Notes: generated from the sequence alone by a model not told the origin. 64,000 bases of DNA from Candidatus Uhrbacteria bacterium (GCA_026395055.1 JAPLZK010000001.1:17527-81526), one strand, 5' to 3'; shown: positions 30,161 to 40,630, numbered from the stretch's first letter. Translations and numbers: made by a program.

Positions 30161-31141
30161 TTACGGATGTTTTTGTTCAATATGTTTATCGATAAGCGCA
30201 ATAGCTTGTGCGAGTCGCTCCTTCTTTGTTCCTCGAACAACCACGAATGTTCGCCCCGTCTCCGCGAGTCGCTCCTCGAAACGACTATGCATCCAATGGC
30301 GAATGTGTTCCCCATCGCGCGTTCCATCTTGAACGAATGGAATTTCATCGCCGGTTAAAATATAGAGATCATGTTTCATTGTATTGGCCAGTTTCTCGAC
30401 TGCGGACGATCGCGATTCCATGTAGCGCTCATGCCAGACAGATGTTGCGAATGCATCTGTGTCGCAGATCAACACTTTGTTACACACTTCCGCAAGCGCG
30501 TCTTCCATTTTATTTTGCATCTCCGCGATGTGCGTAAATTCTTCACTCGTCCAATTCGTTCCATTTGCATCAAACAACTTTCCTTCCGCATAGGATCGTC
30601 CATATTCCGGAACCCATGTTGTCTGATAATGCGCTGCAAGATCTTTTGCGAGTGTTGTGGTCCCCGTCGACTCAGCACCAAGGATCACGATACGTTTTGC
30701 GTAGTATCCTCGAATAGGTGGCGAGAGGAACTCCCATTGTGCAAGCGGATTTTCCCGAACACGTGTTCCAGAAATTGGCACCGCTTCACGTGGGTGATCT
30801 ACGCAAATGTGTTTGCATCCGAGTGCAGCAGCGTAGGGGTCACCGTAGTCTTCCGATGTGAACACCGCGTCTGGCGCGCCTCCCAGAATTTCTTTTGTGC
30901 GGCCCGCCCAAGCAACGGAGTCATCATCGTCGAGGTCATCGACCGTGACATGAACATGTGCAGAAGGAAATAATTTTTGTATCCATGATGCGCGCAATGA
31001 TGCGTGCGGCACCTGCCCCGGCTTGTCGCACACAATAACCGTGAGCTGTTCACACTGTGCGAGCGCAGTTTCAATAAGAAACTCATGTCCTTTGTGTGGC
31101 GGATAGAATTTTCCAACAACAACCCCTTGAGTAAATTTCAT
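30161..31141 (-). CDS. nadR: NadR-type NMN adenylyltransferase / ribosylnicotinamide kinase (no HTH)
   Basis: GKFYPPHKGH, ISGTRVR, GAESTGTTTL, VPEYGR, QDGTR. Confidence 0.85.
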   Translation of the reverse strand: MKFTQGVVVGKFYPPHKGHEFLIETALAQCEQLTVIVCDKPGQVPHASLRASWIQKLFPSAHVHVTVDDLDDDDSVAWAGRTKEILGGAPDAVFTSEDYGDPYAAALGCKHICVDHPREAVPISGTRVRENPLAQWEFLSPPIRGYYAKRIVILGAESTGTTTLAKDLAAHYQTTWVPEYGRSYAEGKLFDANGTNWTSEEFTHIAEMQNKMEDALAEVCNKVLICDTDAFATSVWHERYMESRSSAVEKLANTMKHDLYILTGDEIPFVQDGTRDGEHIRHWMHSRFEERLAETGRTFVVVRGTKKERLAQAIALIDKHIEQKHP

Positions 31142-31142
31142 A

Positions 31143-31796
31143 TTATTTTTGTAAAGAGAGATGTTTTGCATGTGTGCGTTTCCACTCCACGAGTCCTCGA
31201 ACACACATAAGGAAGAAGATGGCGTAAAGAAATGCTGTGAGGTACAAATCTTTGATGATGTAGAGATACACATAGATCACATCCACACTCATCCAGATAT
31301 ACCAATTCTCCATGCGTTTCTTTGTGAGGAGATATTGTGCAACAAGACTCATGGCTGTTGTAAGAGCATCAAGGAACGGTGCCGCATCGTGTGCGTGCAC
31401 AAGAATCGCAAACTCTGCCCATGTTCCAAGCGCAAGAAGAATCGCGAGCCAAATCCATTCACGACGTGGGGCCTTTGAAATGGGAAGCTCCGTCTTTTTT
31501 GCTCCCCCATACAACCACCAATACCAACCAAGGATACCAAGAATGATATAGACAATTTGTAATGCGGCATCTGCAAACAAAGAAGACTGCCAAAAAAGAA
31601 TAAGGAAAAACGCACTGTTCGCAATGCCAATAGGCCAATTCCAAATATTCTCTTTAACGGTAAGCCACACACACCAAGCTCCGGTCACAAATCCCAGTGT
31701 TTCCGTAAAACTAAAGGGGAGTTTCTGAAAATACGCCGCTGCGCTTAATCCAAGCGACGCAAGGATTCCGAGTCCGTACACAATTTTGTTGAACAT
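31143..31796 (-). CDS. pnuC: Nicotinamide riboside transporter
   Basis: WNWPIG, LQIVY..GWYWW, PFLDA, ENW..W..VD. Confidence 0.92.
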   Translation of the reverse strand: MFNKIVYGLGILASLGLSAAAYFQKLPFSFTETLGFVTGAWCVWLTVKENIWNWPIGIANSAFFLILFWQSSLFADAALQIVYIILGILGWYWWLYGGAKKTELPISKAPRREWIWLAILLALGTWAEFAILVHAHDAAPFLDALTTAMSLVAQYLLTKKRMENWYIWMSVDVIYVYLYIIKDLYLTAFLYAIFFLMCVRGLVEWKRTHAKHLSLQK

Positions 31797-31801
31797 AAGG
31801 T

Positions 31802-31868
31802 ATAGTTAGTGTTACTGATACACAAACTATACAACAACCACAGATCGTGTCAAGTATACACAAACTAA
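31802..31868 (-). promoter_or_regulatory. pnuC-nadR promoter with two NrtR-like operators
   Basis: GTGT-N7-ACAC at 31809-31823 and 31847-31861, flanking/overlapping TTGACA-16-TATAGT on the minus strand. Confidence 0.6.
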
Positions 31869-31914
31869 GCCCCCTTTAAGACACAACATCTGATCTACGC
31901 TATAATTCCTTTAT

Positions 31915-32079
31915 ATGATTAAACGCATTGCATTTTGGATCGGCATCATTATCGTTGTTGGTTCACACATTTCCATGCTCGTCATGGGAATGCCGGCCGC
32001 TCAAGTGATTCCCCACGCTGTCATAAACATCGTGGCAGCAGGACTCATGATCTTTGGAAGTATGTCTCTTGATAAATAA
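31915..32079 (+). CDS. 54-aa two-TM membrane protein (below ORF-track cutoff)
   Basis: MIKRIAFWIGIIIVVGSHISML...HAVINIVAAGLMIFG; TATAAT upstream, terminator downstream. Confidence 0.7.
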   Translation: MIKRIAFWIGIIIVVGSHISMLVMGMPAAQVIPHAVINIVAAGLMIFGSMSLDK

Positions 32080-32090
32080 TGCGGAGACAA

Positions 32091-32130
32091 AAATAAAAAC
32101 ACTCCGTGCAATACGGAGTGTTTTTATTTT
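32091..32130. terminator. Bidirectional intrinsic terminator
   Basis: AAATAAAAACACTCCGT..ACGGAGTGTTTTTATTTT. Confidence 0.75.
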
Positions 32131-32153
32131 CCTAGAATATATTGGATTTTAAT

Positions 32154-34685
32154 CTATGCCTGCAACGGAAGCTCAAACCAGAATGTACTTCCTTTTTTCT
32201 CTACAGATGAGAAACCGATTGTTCCTTTATGCATTTCTACATAATGTTTCGAAATGAATAAGCTGAGCCCTGACGCATCTGGTCTCATCAGAGCCGCATT
32301 CCATCCACGATGAAAACGTTCAAAAATATGCGCTTGTTCTGTTTCAGGGATACCGATTCCTGTATCGGAAATTTCGAAGCGAACGTTATCTTCTTTACGG
32401 AAAAGTTTTACCGTAATGTGCCCTCCTTCATTTGAATAGGCGATTGCATTATCTATCAAACGAACGATTACATCCCGAATTTTGATTGCATCGATGGAAA
32501 TCTCCGGAAGAGATTTATCTGGCGCGATAATCTCATAAGAAATATTCTTGAGGTGACAGGGCAATAACTTTTCTTCCGAAATGGATTTGTATAAATCTGC
32601 AATACTCACTTCATCTGTTTCTAAACGTATACGACCTTCTTCAATATCAATCGCCGCAAGCAAGTCTCCAATACGCTCAATGATTTGTGTATTGGCTGCA
32701 TAAGCTCCTTTGAGCGCTTCTTCTTGTGCAGGCGCAACATCACCGCGTTGTCGTTCAAGAATCGCTCCGATATTCCATCGAATGACCGTAAGCGGTGTAC
32801 GTAGTTGGTGAGAAACAATCTGAATGAAATTATTTTTGAGTTGATCAACTTCTTTTGTCCGTTCTTCAATTTTCTTTTTCAAACGTAGCGTCGCGATTCC
32901 AAAAGCAAGATCCGCTGCAAGCTCTTCTAAAACCTGAACTTCTTGTGAACCAAAAGAATCCAATTCACTAGAATAAATATTGAGAGCTCCAATTATTTGT
33001 TCTCCGCTTAAAAGCGGTAAAGCAATGGAGGTTTTATATCCACGATCAACCGCAGCTTGTCGCCAAGGGGTCATTTTTGGATCTGTTTGGATATCGCGAG
33101 CAATTTGCGTCTTCCCTGTTCGGATTGCAAGACCCGTTGGACCGCGACCATGCGCATCATCCGCCCATGTTATTTTTGTATATTTAAGGTAATCCGTTCC
33201 AAACCCCGCCTGTGCAACCGGACGTACTGTTTTATCTTTATCGTGTTCCGCAAACCCAATCCACATTAATCGATATCCCCCTGAACTGACAATGACTTCA
33301 GAGATCTTATCCAATAATGTTTTTTCATCTGTAACACGAATGAGTGCCTGATTATTTTCATTCAGCATGCGCAATGCGCGGTTCACGCGAACAAGTTCTT
33401 TATCTATCAACGCACGTTCAACACGAATTCGATGTGTGACAATCCCAAATGCAAGATCTCCCGCAAGCTCTTCAAGAATTTTAATTTCTTTTTCATTAAA
33501 CGCATTGATTTCATTCGAATAGATGGTGAGGGCACCAAGCATTTCCCCTTCACTTATAAGAGGCAAAGCAATCGAGGACTTGAGACCGTTTTTCAACGCA
33601 GATTTTTTCCATGGCAGCATCTTTGGATCATTCCCGATATCACTGGATATCTGCGTTTTTCCTGTTCGAATCGCCGTACCTGTTGGACCGTGACCATATT
33701 TTTCGTCCGCCCAAGTAATCTGAAGAGACTTGAGATACTCTACACCAGACCCAGCTTGCGCAACCGAACGCACTGTTTTTGTTTTATCTTGCTCAGCAAA
33801 TCCAACCCACGCCAAATGATACCCGCCTTCATCTGCTGCAATGCGACATGTCTCATTCAATAACATCTTCTCGTCTGCAGCACGAATCAGCGTTTGATTG
33901 ATACTGCTCACCATGTGTAATGCTCGATTGACACGAACGAGCTCTAATTCTGATTCCTTACGTTCTGTAATATTACGTGCGGTTGCGTACGTAATTCCGT
34001 CTTCCTTGTTATAATTAGCACGCCATGAAAGCCAGATAAAACTCCCATCTTTACAGATATATCGATTCTCAAAATTCAAGGAAGAACCTGTCTTTATTTG
34101 GTGCGCCATTTCATCACGCGTAGATTGTTTATCGTCAGGATGAATAAAATCAATAAAAGATTTTGAAAGGAGTTCTGCTTCAGAATATCCAAGCTCCTTT
34201 AGACATGTTGGGTTTACTCTTTTAAATGCCCCGTTTGGATCTGCAATCACCATGATGTCTGTAGATAAATTGAAGAACTTAAAAAACTGCTCACGCTCCA
34301 GATCAATACGCTTAAGCTCCGTAATATCTGTCCCAAAAAGCCGAAACATTGTTGTCTTAGGAACCTTCGTCAAGGTTTGTGTATAAAAATGTCCATTAAC
34401 AAAAACTTCACGTGTGAGGATATTTAAATAATTTTTGGGTGTCTTCTGAAAAAATTTTTCCAACCCTTTTAAAAAAGGATGTTCCATGCGGAACATGCCC
34501 ATGTCTGGAAACAACTGTTTTGCCGCAGAATTCATGTATTGAATATCTCCAGAAGCACTCAATTGAATAAGTGGATTTGGATTATACTCTGGAAAAGATG
34601 CAAGATCCGGAAAATTTTCTGTTATGGACTCATGAAACACGGCAGGAGTTTTCATAAATAGTTTCTTTAACATAACATGCAACAA
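32154..34685 (-). CDS. PAS-PAS-GAF-GAF sensor histidine kinase
   Basis: FIHPDD PAS, two similar GAF domains (GPTG.AIRTG), SHQLRTPL, DTGIGI, GSTFWF. Start may be 34655. Confidence 0.92.
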   Translation of the reverse strand: MLHVMLKKLFMKTPAVFHESITENFPDLASFPEYNPNPLIQLSASGDIQYMNSAAKQLFPDMGMFRMEHPFLKGLEKFFQKTPKNYLNILTREVFVNGHFYTQTLTKVPKTTMFRLFGTDITELKRIDLEREQFFKFFNLSTDIMVIADPNGAFKRVNPTCLKELGYSEAELLSKSFIDFIHPDDKQSTRDEMAHQIKTGSSLNFENRYICKDGSFIWLSWRANYNKEDGITYATARNITERKESELELVRVNRALHMVSSINQTLIRAADEKMLLNETCRIAADEGGYHLAWVGFAEQDKTKTVRSVAQAGSGVEYLKSLQITWADEKYGHGPTGTAIRTGKTQISSDIGNDPKMLPWKKSALKNGLKSSIALPLISEGEMLGALTIYSNEINAFNEKEIKILEELAGDLAFGIVTHRIRVERALIDKELVRVNRALRMLNENNQALIRVTDEKTLLDKISEVIVSSGGYRLMWIGFAEHDKDKTVRPVAQAGFGTDYLKYTKITWADDAHGRGPTGLAIRTGKTQIARDIQTDPKMTPWRQAAVDRGYKTSIALPLLSGEQIIGALNIYSSELDSFGSQEVQVLEELAADLAFGIATLRLKKKIEERTKEVDQLKNNFIQIVSHQLRTPLTVIRWNIGAILERQRGDVAPAQEEALKGAYAANTQIIERIGDLLAAIDIEEGRIRLETDEVSIADLYKSISEEKLLPCHLKNISYEIIAPDKSLPEISIDAIKIRDVIVRLIDNAIAYSNEGGHITVKLFRKEDNVRFEISDTGIGIPETEQAHIFERFHRGWNAALMRPDASGLSLFISKHYVEMHKGTIGFSSVEKKGSTFWFELPLQA

Positions 34686-34781
34686 GGGAAAATAATCGAG
34701 CGATCCTTTTTATCGTATGAATAGTATATCAAAACATCCTCGATTCCTCGAGGATGTTTTGATAATCGACACGTCATCAAA

Positions 34782-35042
34782 TTACTTTTGAACTTTATTC
34801 CAAATCACAGCAAACGCATACCCAAATACATATCCAATTGCAGCTGTGACGAGAACGAGACCAGTAGCAAGAACAAAATCAAATGGGAGAATCTTGTAGA
34901 CCGGTGTGATTCTGTGGAGAATAAAAATAAAATCCATGAGTGGTTGCGCCACACCGAGCGCAATTAAAAAGGACCACAAGAGATGAAATAAACCAAGGGC
35001 GACACCAAACGAGACGCCCGTCTTATGTGGCTGTAACGTCAT
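34782..35042 (-). CDS. Small membrane protein
   Basis: HLLWS...QPLMDFIF.LH...IGYVFG; hydrophobic; terminator downstream. Confidence 0.75.
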   Translation of the reverse strand: MTLQPHKTGVSFGVALGLFHLLWSFLIALGVAQPLMDFIFILHRITPVYKILPFDFVLATGLVLVTAAIGYVFGYAFAVIWNKVQK

Positions 35043-35194
35043 AAAAATTCACTTAATAAATAAAAACTTAGAATTACAGATAGTTTATCACGAATCCTCT
35101 TGCGAGATAACTCACCATCTCGTCCCTTGATCTTTTTCTAAATGCATGATCAACTCTGTCTGTGATTACGCATAAATCACAAGGAGACCAAAAC

Positions 35195-35908
35195 ATGCGC
35201 CTTTCTCGAGTCGTTCTGACACGCGGCACTCAACAAGCCATTCTTCAAGGAATGATTCACGTTGGACCACAGAAACTGTACGACACGGTTCAAAAAGACA
35301 TGGATCAAGCGGCCCAGAGTGGCTACCAAGTTGTTTTTGAAGGTGTACGAAAAAGTTTGCCGGGAAAAATCGTTTTTTCCTCAAACGCAAAAAAAATCAA
35401 ACTGTTCCTTGAAACTCTTTTCAAACTCTACCCAGTCCTTGCTTCCACGTTTGGTGTCTCTACGCAAAAAATCAAATACCCCAAACGGGCGATCAATGCA
35501 GACACAGATCTTGATGACGTTGTGAAACGTCTCGATCGAAACAAATTTAGGTGTAATTTTCTTCTCTTCATCATCCAGATATTTTTCAAAATGGAATCCG
35601 AACGAACGGAAGAAGAAAAGAAAAAAGATGCAAAAGACTGGAAGACAGAGATGAATCGTTCAGACAAATCCCTCACAAGCAAATTCTTTGCCTGGCTGTT
35701 CTTTCGAAAAGCGATGCCCATTATCTTGGACTATCGAAACGAAGTTGCTGTACGGAAAATGCGCTCGTACGACCAATTCACAAAATCTACGCGCAACTAC
35801 TTCATCCTTTACGGAGATCGACACGTCAAAGGACTTGTACGCTTGCTCCAAAAAGAAGGGTGGGTTGTTGCAAAGACAACCTACACAGATCTCGCAGAAT
35901 TCATCTAG
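35195..35908 (+). CDS. Hypothetical protein (TraB/GumN-like motifs)
   Basis: MIHVG, VFEGV, RN, YGDRH; AAGGAG SD before ATG 35195. Confidence 0.65.
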   Translation: MRLSRVVLTRGTQQAILQGMIHVGPQKLYDTVQKDMDQAAQSGYQVVFEGVRKSLPGKIVFSSNAKKIKLFLETLFKLYPVLASTFGVSTQKIKYPKRAINADTDLDDVVKRLDRNKFRCNFLLFIIQIFFKMESERTEEEKKKDAKDWKTEMNRSDKSLTSKFFAWLFFRKAMPIILDYRNEVAVRKMRSYDQFTKSTRNYFILYGDRHVKGLVRLLQKEGWVVAKTTYTDLAEFI

Positions 35909-36000
35909 TCTCACCCGTTCCATGAACGGGTTTTTTGTTTCAACATCTTTGATACATCGCCAAACAAAAAAATCGAATAGAAACATTCGATTTTTTTGTT

Positions 36001-36090
36001 TGGCGGAGAGGGAGGGATTTGAACCCTCGATACCCTTGCAGGCATACGTGATTTCGAGTCACGCGCATTCGACCACTCTGCCACCTCTCC
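36001..36090 (-). tRNA. tRNA-Ser(CGA)
   Basis: Acceptor GGAGAGG/CCTCTCC, anticodon loop CT-CGA-AA, long variable arm, GCCA end. Confidence 0.96.
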
Positions 36091-36091
36091 A

Positions 36092-36224
36092 CGCGTAAAA
36101 CCTTCAAAATTGGCGACCTGCTTGCGCTTCGCAGAAAAAATATTTCGGAGTACTTTTTGGTACACCTCAATATTTTTTCCGCTCCAGCGCGGCGCATCTC
36201 ATCCAATTTTGAAGGTTTTACTCG
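36092..36224 (-). repeat. ~133-nt palindromic element in the tRNA-Ser 5' leader (copy 2)
   Basis: Arms GTAAAACCTTCAAAATTGG / CCAATTTTGAAGGTTTTAC, apex GTAC-N6-GTAC. Confidence 0.85.
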
Positions 36225-36313
36225 ACGAGAGGATAACACGCTAAAGTCGTCGTATCAAGCGTTGACAAAATCACTTTTCAATGATAAGAACTCTCTCACC
36301 CAGGAGGTGCTCT

Positions 36314-36910
36314 TTGAAACCAAGATACAAAACCATCGAGAAGATGTTACGCAAGGTTGATGAGCCAAATCGCTCTGCGTGTCTGAAAATTGTAGCAGAT
36401 CATCGCAAGCTGTTTCAGACTGTGCAAGGGTCGACGAATAACCATCAAGCGTGGCTTGGCGGATACTTCGATCATGTTCAGGAAATCATGAACATTGCGG
36501 TGCGGCAGTTCAAACTGTTGAATCGCCTGCGACCACTTCACTTTTCGCTTTCAGATCTTCTCCTCGTCGTGTTTCTGCATGATATCGAGAAGCCTTGGAA
36601 GTATGAACTGCGTGAGGATGGTGAACTGCACCACATCGCTTCCATGGAAACCAAGGAAGACCACCAACGCTTCCGTATGCAAAAACTCACGGAGTATGGG
36701 ATTCAGTTGTCGCCCGATCAAGAAAACGGCATCACGTATGCCGAGGGTGAAGTGAACAACTACTCCGCTCGCGAACGCCGCATGAGCCCGCTCGCCGCCG
36801 TCGCACACATGTGTGACGTGTGCAGCGCACGCGTCTGGTTTGATCACCCAATGACAGGAAATGATCCGTGGCCTGGCGCACGTCGCGTGCGTGACACAGG
36901 AGGTGTTTAA
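36314..36910 (+). CDS. HD-domain protein
   Basis: HQAW.GGY.DH, FLHDIEK, AHMCD; AGGAGG then TTG at 36314. Confidence 0.8.
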   Translation: MKPRYKTIEKMLRKVDEPNRSACLKIVADHRKLFQTVQGSTNNHQAWLGGYFDHVQEIMNIAVRQFKLLNRLRPLHFSLSDLLLVVFLHDIEKPWKYELREDGELHHIASMETKEDHQRFRMQKLTEYGIQLSPDQENGITYAEGEVNNYSARERRMSPLAAVAHMCDVCSARVWFDHPMTGNDPWPGARRVRDTGGV

Positions 36911-37302
36911 TGGGATTCACCCTCGAAGCAAACATGTGTTACGGGATTCCTCTCGTATGGACCAGAGAAGATGCAGACGCGGTCAATACCGAAGTGGAAC
37001 GCGCCATGCGTGTCATCTATAAAAGCCAAAATCAACCACATAAAATCATTCTTGTCGATTTTGGTGACAAGCGAAAAGATTATGATCACGACGAAGACGA
37101 TCTCCGATGCGGATCGATTCTCGCCCCACGGGAATCCGTCACAAACGTCTTACATAACGGCGTTCACGAATTCGGACAAGCCTTTCCTGTTTTCGACGAG
37201 GCAATAAAAGAAAAATGGCAACAAGAACTCAGGGAGTTTTGCGATGAGATTGGCATCCCCTTCCGCGAACCCCAGTTCCTTCTCTCAGCCCACTACGGCT
37301 AA
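36910..37302 (+). CDS. Hypothetical protein
   Basis: AGGAGGT SD, start overlaps the upstream stop, terminator downstream. Confidence 0.72.
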   Translation: MGFTLEANMCYGIPLVWTREDADAVNTEVERAMRVIYKSQNQPHKIILVDFGDKRKDYDHDEDDLRCGSILAPRESVTNVLHNGVHEFGQAFPVFDEAIKEKWQQELREFCDEIGIPFREPQFLLSAHYG

Positions 37303-37372
37303 TCCGTCATTAAAACGACGGATTTTTTGTTTCCTTGGTATACTGTTTTTATTGTTCATGATCGAAAATCAT

Positions 37373-37627
37373 ATGTCCTACCTCAAGCGAGACTGGGATC
37401 CCCTCTCTAAAGAACGCCGTGCGGGATTACTCAGAGAAGTCATTACGTATTTTCGGTCGGCACACGACCAAGAAATTGGCATGCTTGCTGCGGAAGAAAT
37501 TCTGGATTTTTTTTTGCAGACCCTTGGAAGCGATCTGTATAAAAAAGCGATCAATGATACAAAAATGGTGATACGGCAGAATGCAGAGAACCTAGAAGTG
37601 GATTTGGATCTGCTCATCCATAAATAA
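37373..37627 (+). CDS. DUF2164-family protein
   Basis: YF...DQEIGMLAAEEILDFFL..LG..LY. Confidence 0.8.
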   Translation: MSYLKRDWDPLSKERRAGLLREVITYFRSAHDQEIGMLAAEEILDFFLQTLGSDLYKKAINDTKMVIRQNAENLEVDLDLLIHK

Positions 37628-37737
37628 ACATCCGATAAAATCGGATGTTTATTTTTTGTATGCACCTGGTCGAACACACAGGCGCAGCTGTCACACCCCT
37701 ACGAACCCAACCCATTCCCTGTTATAATGTTTTCACT

Positions 37738-38604
37738 ATGAAAATCCGAAAAGCGATTATTCCGGTTGCTGGAATGGGGACACGTTTCCTCCCCGCTGCA
37801 AAGGCGCAGCCAAAAGAAATGTTAGCCGTGGTTGATAAGCCGGTTATTCAATATATCGTAGAAGAAGCCGTCGCAAGTGGAATTGAGGAAATTATCTTCG
37901 TGACCGCTATTGGCAAACGCGCCATTGAGGATCACTTTGATCGCAACTTTGAACTTGAGTACCGATTAGAGCAAAAGAAAAAGATGGAAGCGCTCAAAGA
38001 AATTCAAAAGATTGGAAAACTCGCAAAGATCGCGTTCGTCCGCCAAACAAAACCACTTGGAGACGGGCATGCAATTCTCTCCGCCCTTCCCTTTGTCGAG
38101 AAACACGAGCCGGTCGCGATTTTGTTCGGCGATGACATCATCGACGGAAAAATTCCGGCCCTCAAACAATTGATTGATGTTTATAACGCATACGAGTCTC
38201 CTGTTATTGCTCTGCAAAAAGTTCCAAAGAAAGATGTTTCAAACTATGGCGTAATAGGTGGAAAGAAGATGAAAGATGGCTCATGGCAAATTGATCGCTT
38301 CGTTGAGAAGCCGTCCGTTGCAGAAGCTCCCTCAGATCTCATCGTCATTGGCCGATACATCATCACTCCAGAAATCATGGCCATGTTGCCAAAGGTTTCT
38401 GCGGGAAAAGATGGAGAAATTCGTCTTGCGGACGCATTCGCTGCGTATCTTGCGAGCGGAAAATCGCTTTATGGATGCCAGTTTGATGGCACACGCTATG
38501 ACTGCGGTTCTAAACTCGGATTTGTGAAGGCGCAAATTGAACTTGGACTGAAACACAAAGATATTGGCGCAGATCTGAAAAAATATTTGAAAACCTTAAC
38601 GTAA
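37738..38604 (+). CDS. galU: UTP-glucose-1-phosphate uridylyltransferase
   Basis: KAIIPVAGMGTRFLPA, PKEML, EDHFD, VEKP, YDCGSK. Confidence 0.95.
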   Translation: MKIRKAIIPVAGMGTRFLPAAKAQPKEMLAVVDKPVIQYIVEEAVASGIEEIIFVTAIGKRAIEDHFDRNFELEYRLEQKKKMEALKEIQKIGKLAKIAFVRQTKPLGDGHAILSALPFVEKHEPVAILFGDDIIDGKIPALKQLIDVYNAYESPVIALQKVPKKDVSNYGVIGGKKMKDGSWQIDRFVEKPSVAEAPSDLIVIGRYIITPEIMAMLPKVSAGKDGEIRLADAFAAYLASGKSLYGCQFDGTRYDCGSKLGFVKAQIELGLKHKDIGADLKKYLKTLT

Positions 38605-38666
38605 AAGATCGGTCGAGTTATAAAACAGCGTGTTTTATAACTCCATCTGCTTTTCTACTCCCCTAC

Positions 38667-40061
38667 ATGACAATTTTTATGATCACACGGAGAAATTTTA
38701 CAAAACTCATTGCGGCTCTTTCCCTTCTTTCCCTTTTGGGTGCAGGGTGTGGTGGGCCATCTGATGCACAGATTGCTGCGTCAAAACCCGTTAAACTTGT
38801 TGTTTGGCGTGTGTTTGATACACAAGACACCTTACAACCCATCATGACCGCGTATCAAAAAATTCACCCAAACGTTTCGTTTGAGTATCGTGAATTACGA
38901 TCCGATGAATTTAAAAACGAACTCTTGCGCGCACTTGCAGAAGGAAACGGTCCAGACATTTTCTCTCTCAACAATGCGTGGATTGGAGAATATCAATCCC
39001 TCATCACCCCGCTTCCCGCTTCCCTCAAAATTCCCTACTCAGAAGTTCGTGGAACCATCAAAAAAGAAACGGTTTATACCGTAAAAGAACAACCAAGCAT
39101 TTCTCTTCGTTCATTGAAAACAGATTTCGTAGACGTTGTAACCTCTGATGTTCTTCGTCCCTTTCAAGAAAATGCAAAGGCTCCTGTCTTAGATCGTATT
39201 TTCGGACTTCCTCTTGCCGTAGACAACCTCGCACTTTACTACAATAAAGATTTATTGAATGCCGCAGGATTCCCAGAACCCCCAAAAACATGGACAGATT
39301 TTCAAGCGCAAGCAACCAAACTCACCCACATTGGTGCAAACAATGAAATTTCACAGTCCGGTGCAGCGCTTGGAACAAGTAAAAATGTAGAGCGCGCATC
39401 AGATATTCTTTCTCTCCTCATGATGCAAAACGGAACGCAAATGACAGACGAACGCGGCGTTGCCATCTTTGCCGTTCCTGACACAAGCAGAAAAATCATG
39501 GCCTTAGACGCGTTAAACTTCTACACAGATTTTGCCAACCCAACAAAACAGGTTTACAGCTGGAATAAAACACAACCAAATTCCTTTGATGCATTCACTT
39601 CCGGAAAAACAGCGTTCTTCTTTGGCTATTCGTACCATGCACCACTCATTCGTGCAGCGGCTCCCAAACTCCCGTTCGCAATTGCAAGTATTCCACAAAT
39701 TGAAGGGGGGAAAAATGTGAACTATGCGAACTACTGGGTTGAAACAGTTTCAAAAGCTTCAACAAATCAAGATTTCGCTTGGGACTTTATCCAATTTGAA
39801 ACAAGTGCAGAGCAAGTCCCACAATACTTAAAGATTGCGCGCAAACCAACCGCACGTCGCGCACTTATCAATTCACAAATGCAAGACGAAGATCTTTCCA
39901 TCTTTGCTTCACAACTCCTCACGGCAAAAAGTTGGTATAAAGGGAAAAATGCCACGGTTGCAGAAAGTGCAATGCTTGATCTCATTGATTCTGCTCTTGC
40001 CGGAGACGACCAACAACAATCCATCCAAGCAGCACAAAACAAGGTAAATCAGACGCTGTAG
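38667..40061 (+). CDS. Extracellular solute-binding lipoprotein
   Basis: LGAGC lipobox, GPDIF, LYYNKDL, PPKTW, AWDFI. Confidence 0.88.
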   Translation: MTIFMITRRNFTKLIAALSLLSLLGAGCGGPSDAQIAASKPVKLVVWRVFDTQDTLQPIMTAYQKIHPNVSFEYRELRSDEFKNELLRALAEGNGPDIFSLNNAWIGEYQSLITPLPASLKIPYSEVRGTIKKETVYTVKEQPSISLRSLKTDFVDVVTSDVLRPFQENAKAPVLDRIFGLPLAVDNLALYYNKDLLNAAGFPEPPKTWTDFQAQATKLTHIGANNEISQSGAALGTSKNVERASDILSLLMMQNGTQMTDERGVAIFAVPDTSRKIMALDALNFYTDFANPTKQVYSWNKTQPNSFDAFTSGKTAFFFGYSYHAPLIRAAAPKLPFAIASIPQIEGGKNVNYANYWVETVSKASTNQDFAWDFIQFETSAEQVPQYLKIARKPTARRALINSQMQDEDLSIFASQLLTAKSWYKGKNATVAESAMLDLIDSALAGDDQQQSIQAAQNKVNQTL

Positions 40062-40065
40062 AATT

Positions 40066-40629
40066 ATGAAAAAACTTGCCTACATCTTTCTCACCCTTGT
40101 TCTTCTTATCGCTCCGTCGATAAGCAGAGCAGCGTATGTGAGCGATAATTGTCCGGGTGACCCACTTTCCCTAACCGTACGTTGCCCAAAAGAAAGCGTG
40201 GGTTGGTTTATGCAAGGGATTACAAACGCCTGCGGAAATGCTGGCAACTGCACACTGGGAGACATGATGATCGTCACCGCAAACGTTGGAAACTTTGTTC
40301 TCAAAATTATTGCCGCGATCGTTTTGTTCATGTATGTCCTTGGTGGATTCTGGTATCTTATTTCCCACGGAGATCCAAAACTTGTTGATAAAGGGAAAAC
40401 GGCCTTACGCGTTTCAACCATAGGCTTACTGATCGTCATGTTTGCCTACCTTGGTGTTAAAACACTTTACGCCGCCTTAACAGGAACGACCGTTGATACA
40501 ACAACCGTCGTATGTGACGGAACAAATGATGGAAAACAGTGTGGAAAAATTAGTACATGTCAGCAAGGAGCTTGTTACATTGATGCAGGAACAACCGCAG
40601 ATGCCATAAAAAACTTTTTCAACAAATGA
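40066..40629 (+). CDS. Pilin-like protein (TrbC/VirB2 type) with Cys-rich segments
   Basis: GGFWYLISHGDPKLVDKGK core. Confidence 0.8.
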   Translation: MKKLAYIFLTLVLLIAPSISRAAYVSDNCPGDPLSLTVRCPKESVGWFMQGITNACGNAGNCTLGDMMIVTANVGNFVLKIIAAIVLFMYVLGGFWYLISHGDPKLVDKGKTALRVSTIGLLIVMFAYLGVKTLYAALTGTTVDTTTVVCDGTNDGKQCGKISTCQQGACYIDAGTTADAIKNFFNK

Positions 40630-40630
40630 T

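Noticed and set aside
32154-34685. Orphan histidine kinase with duplicated GAF domains as a novel system
   Set aside because: Common modular architecture; the cognate regulator may be encoded outside the window.
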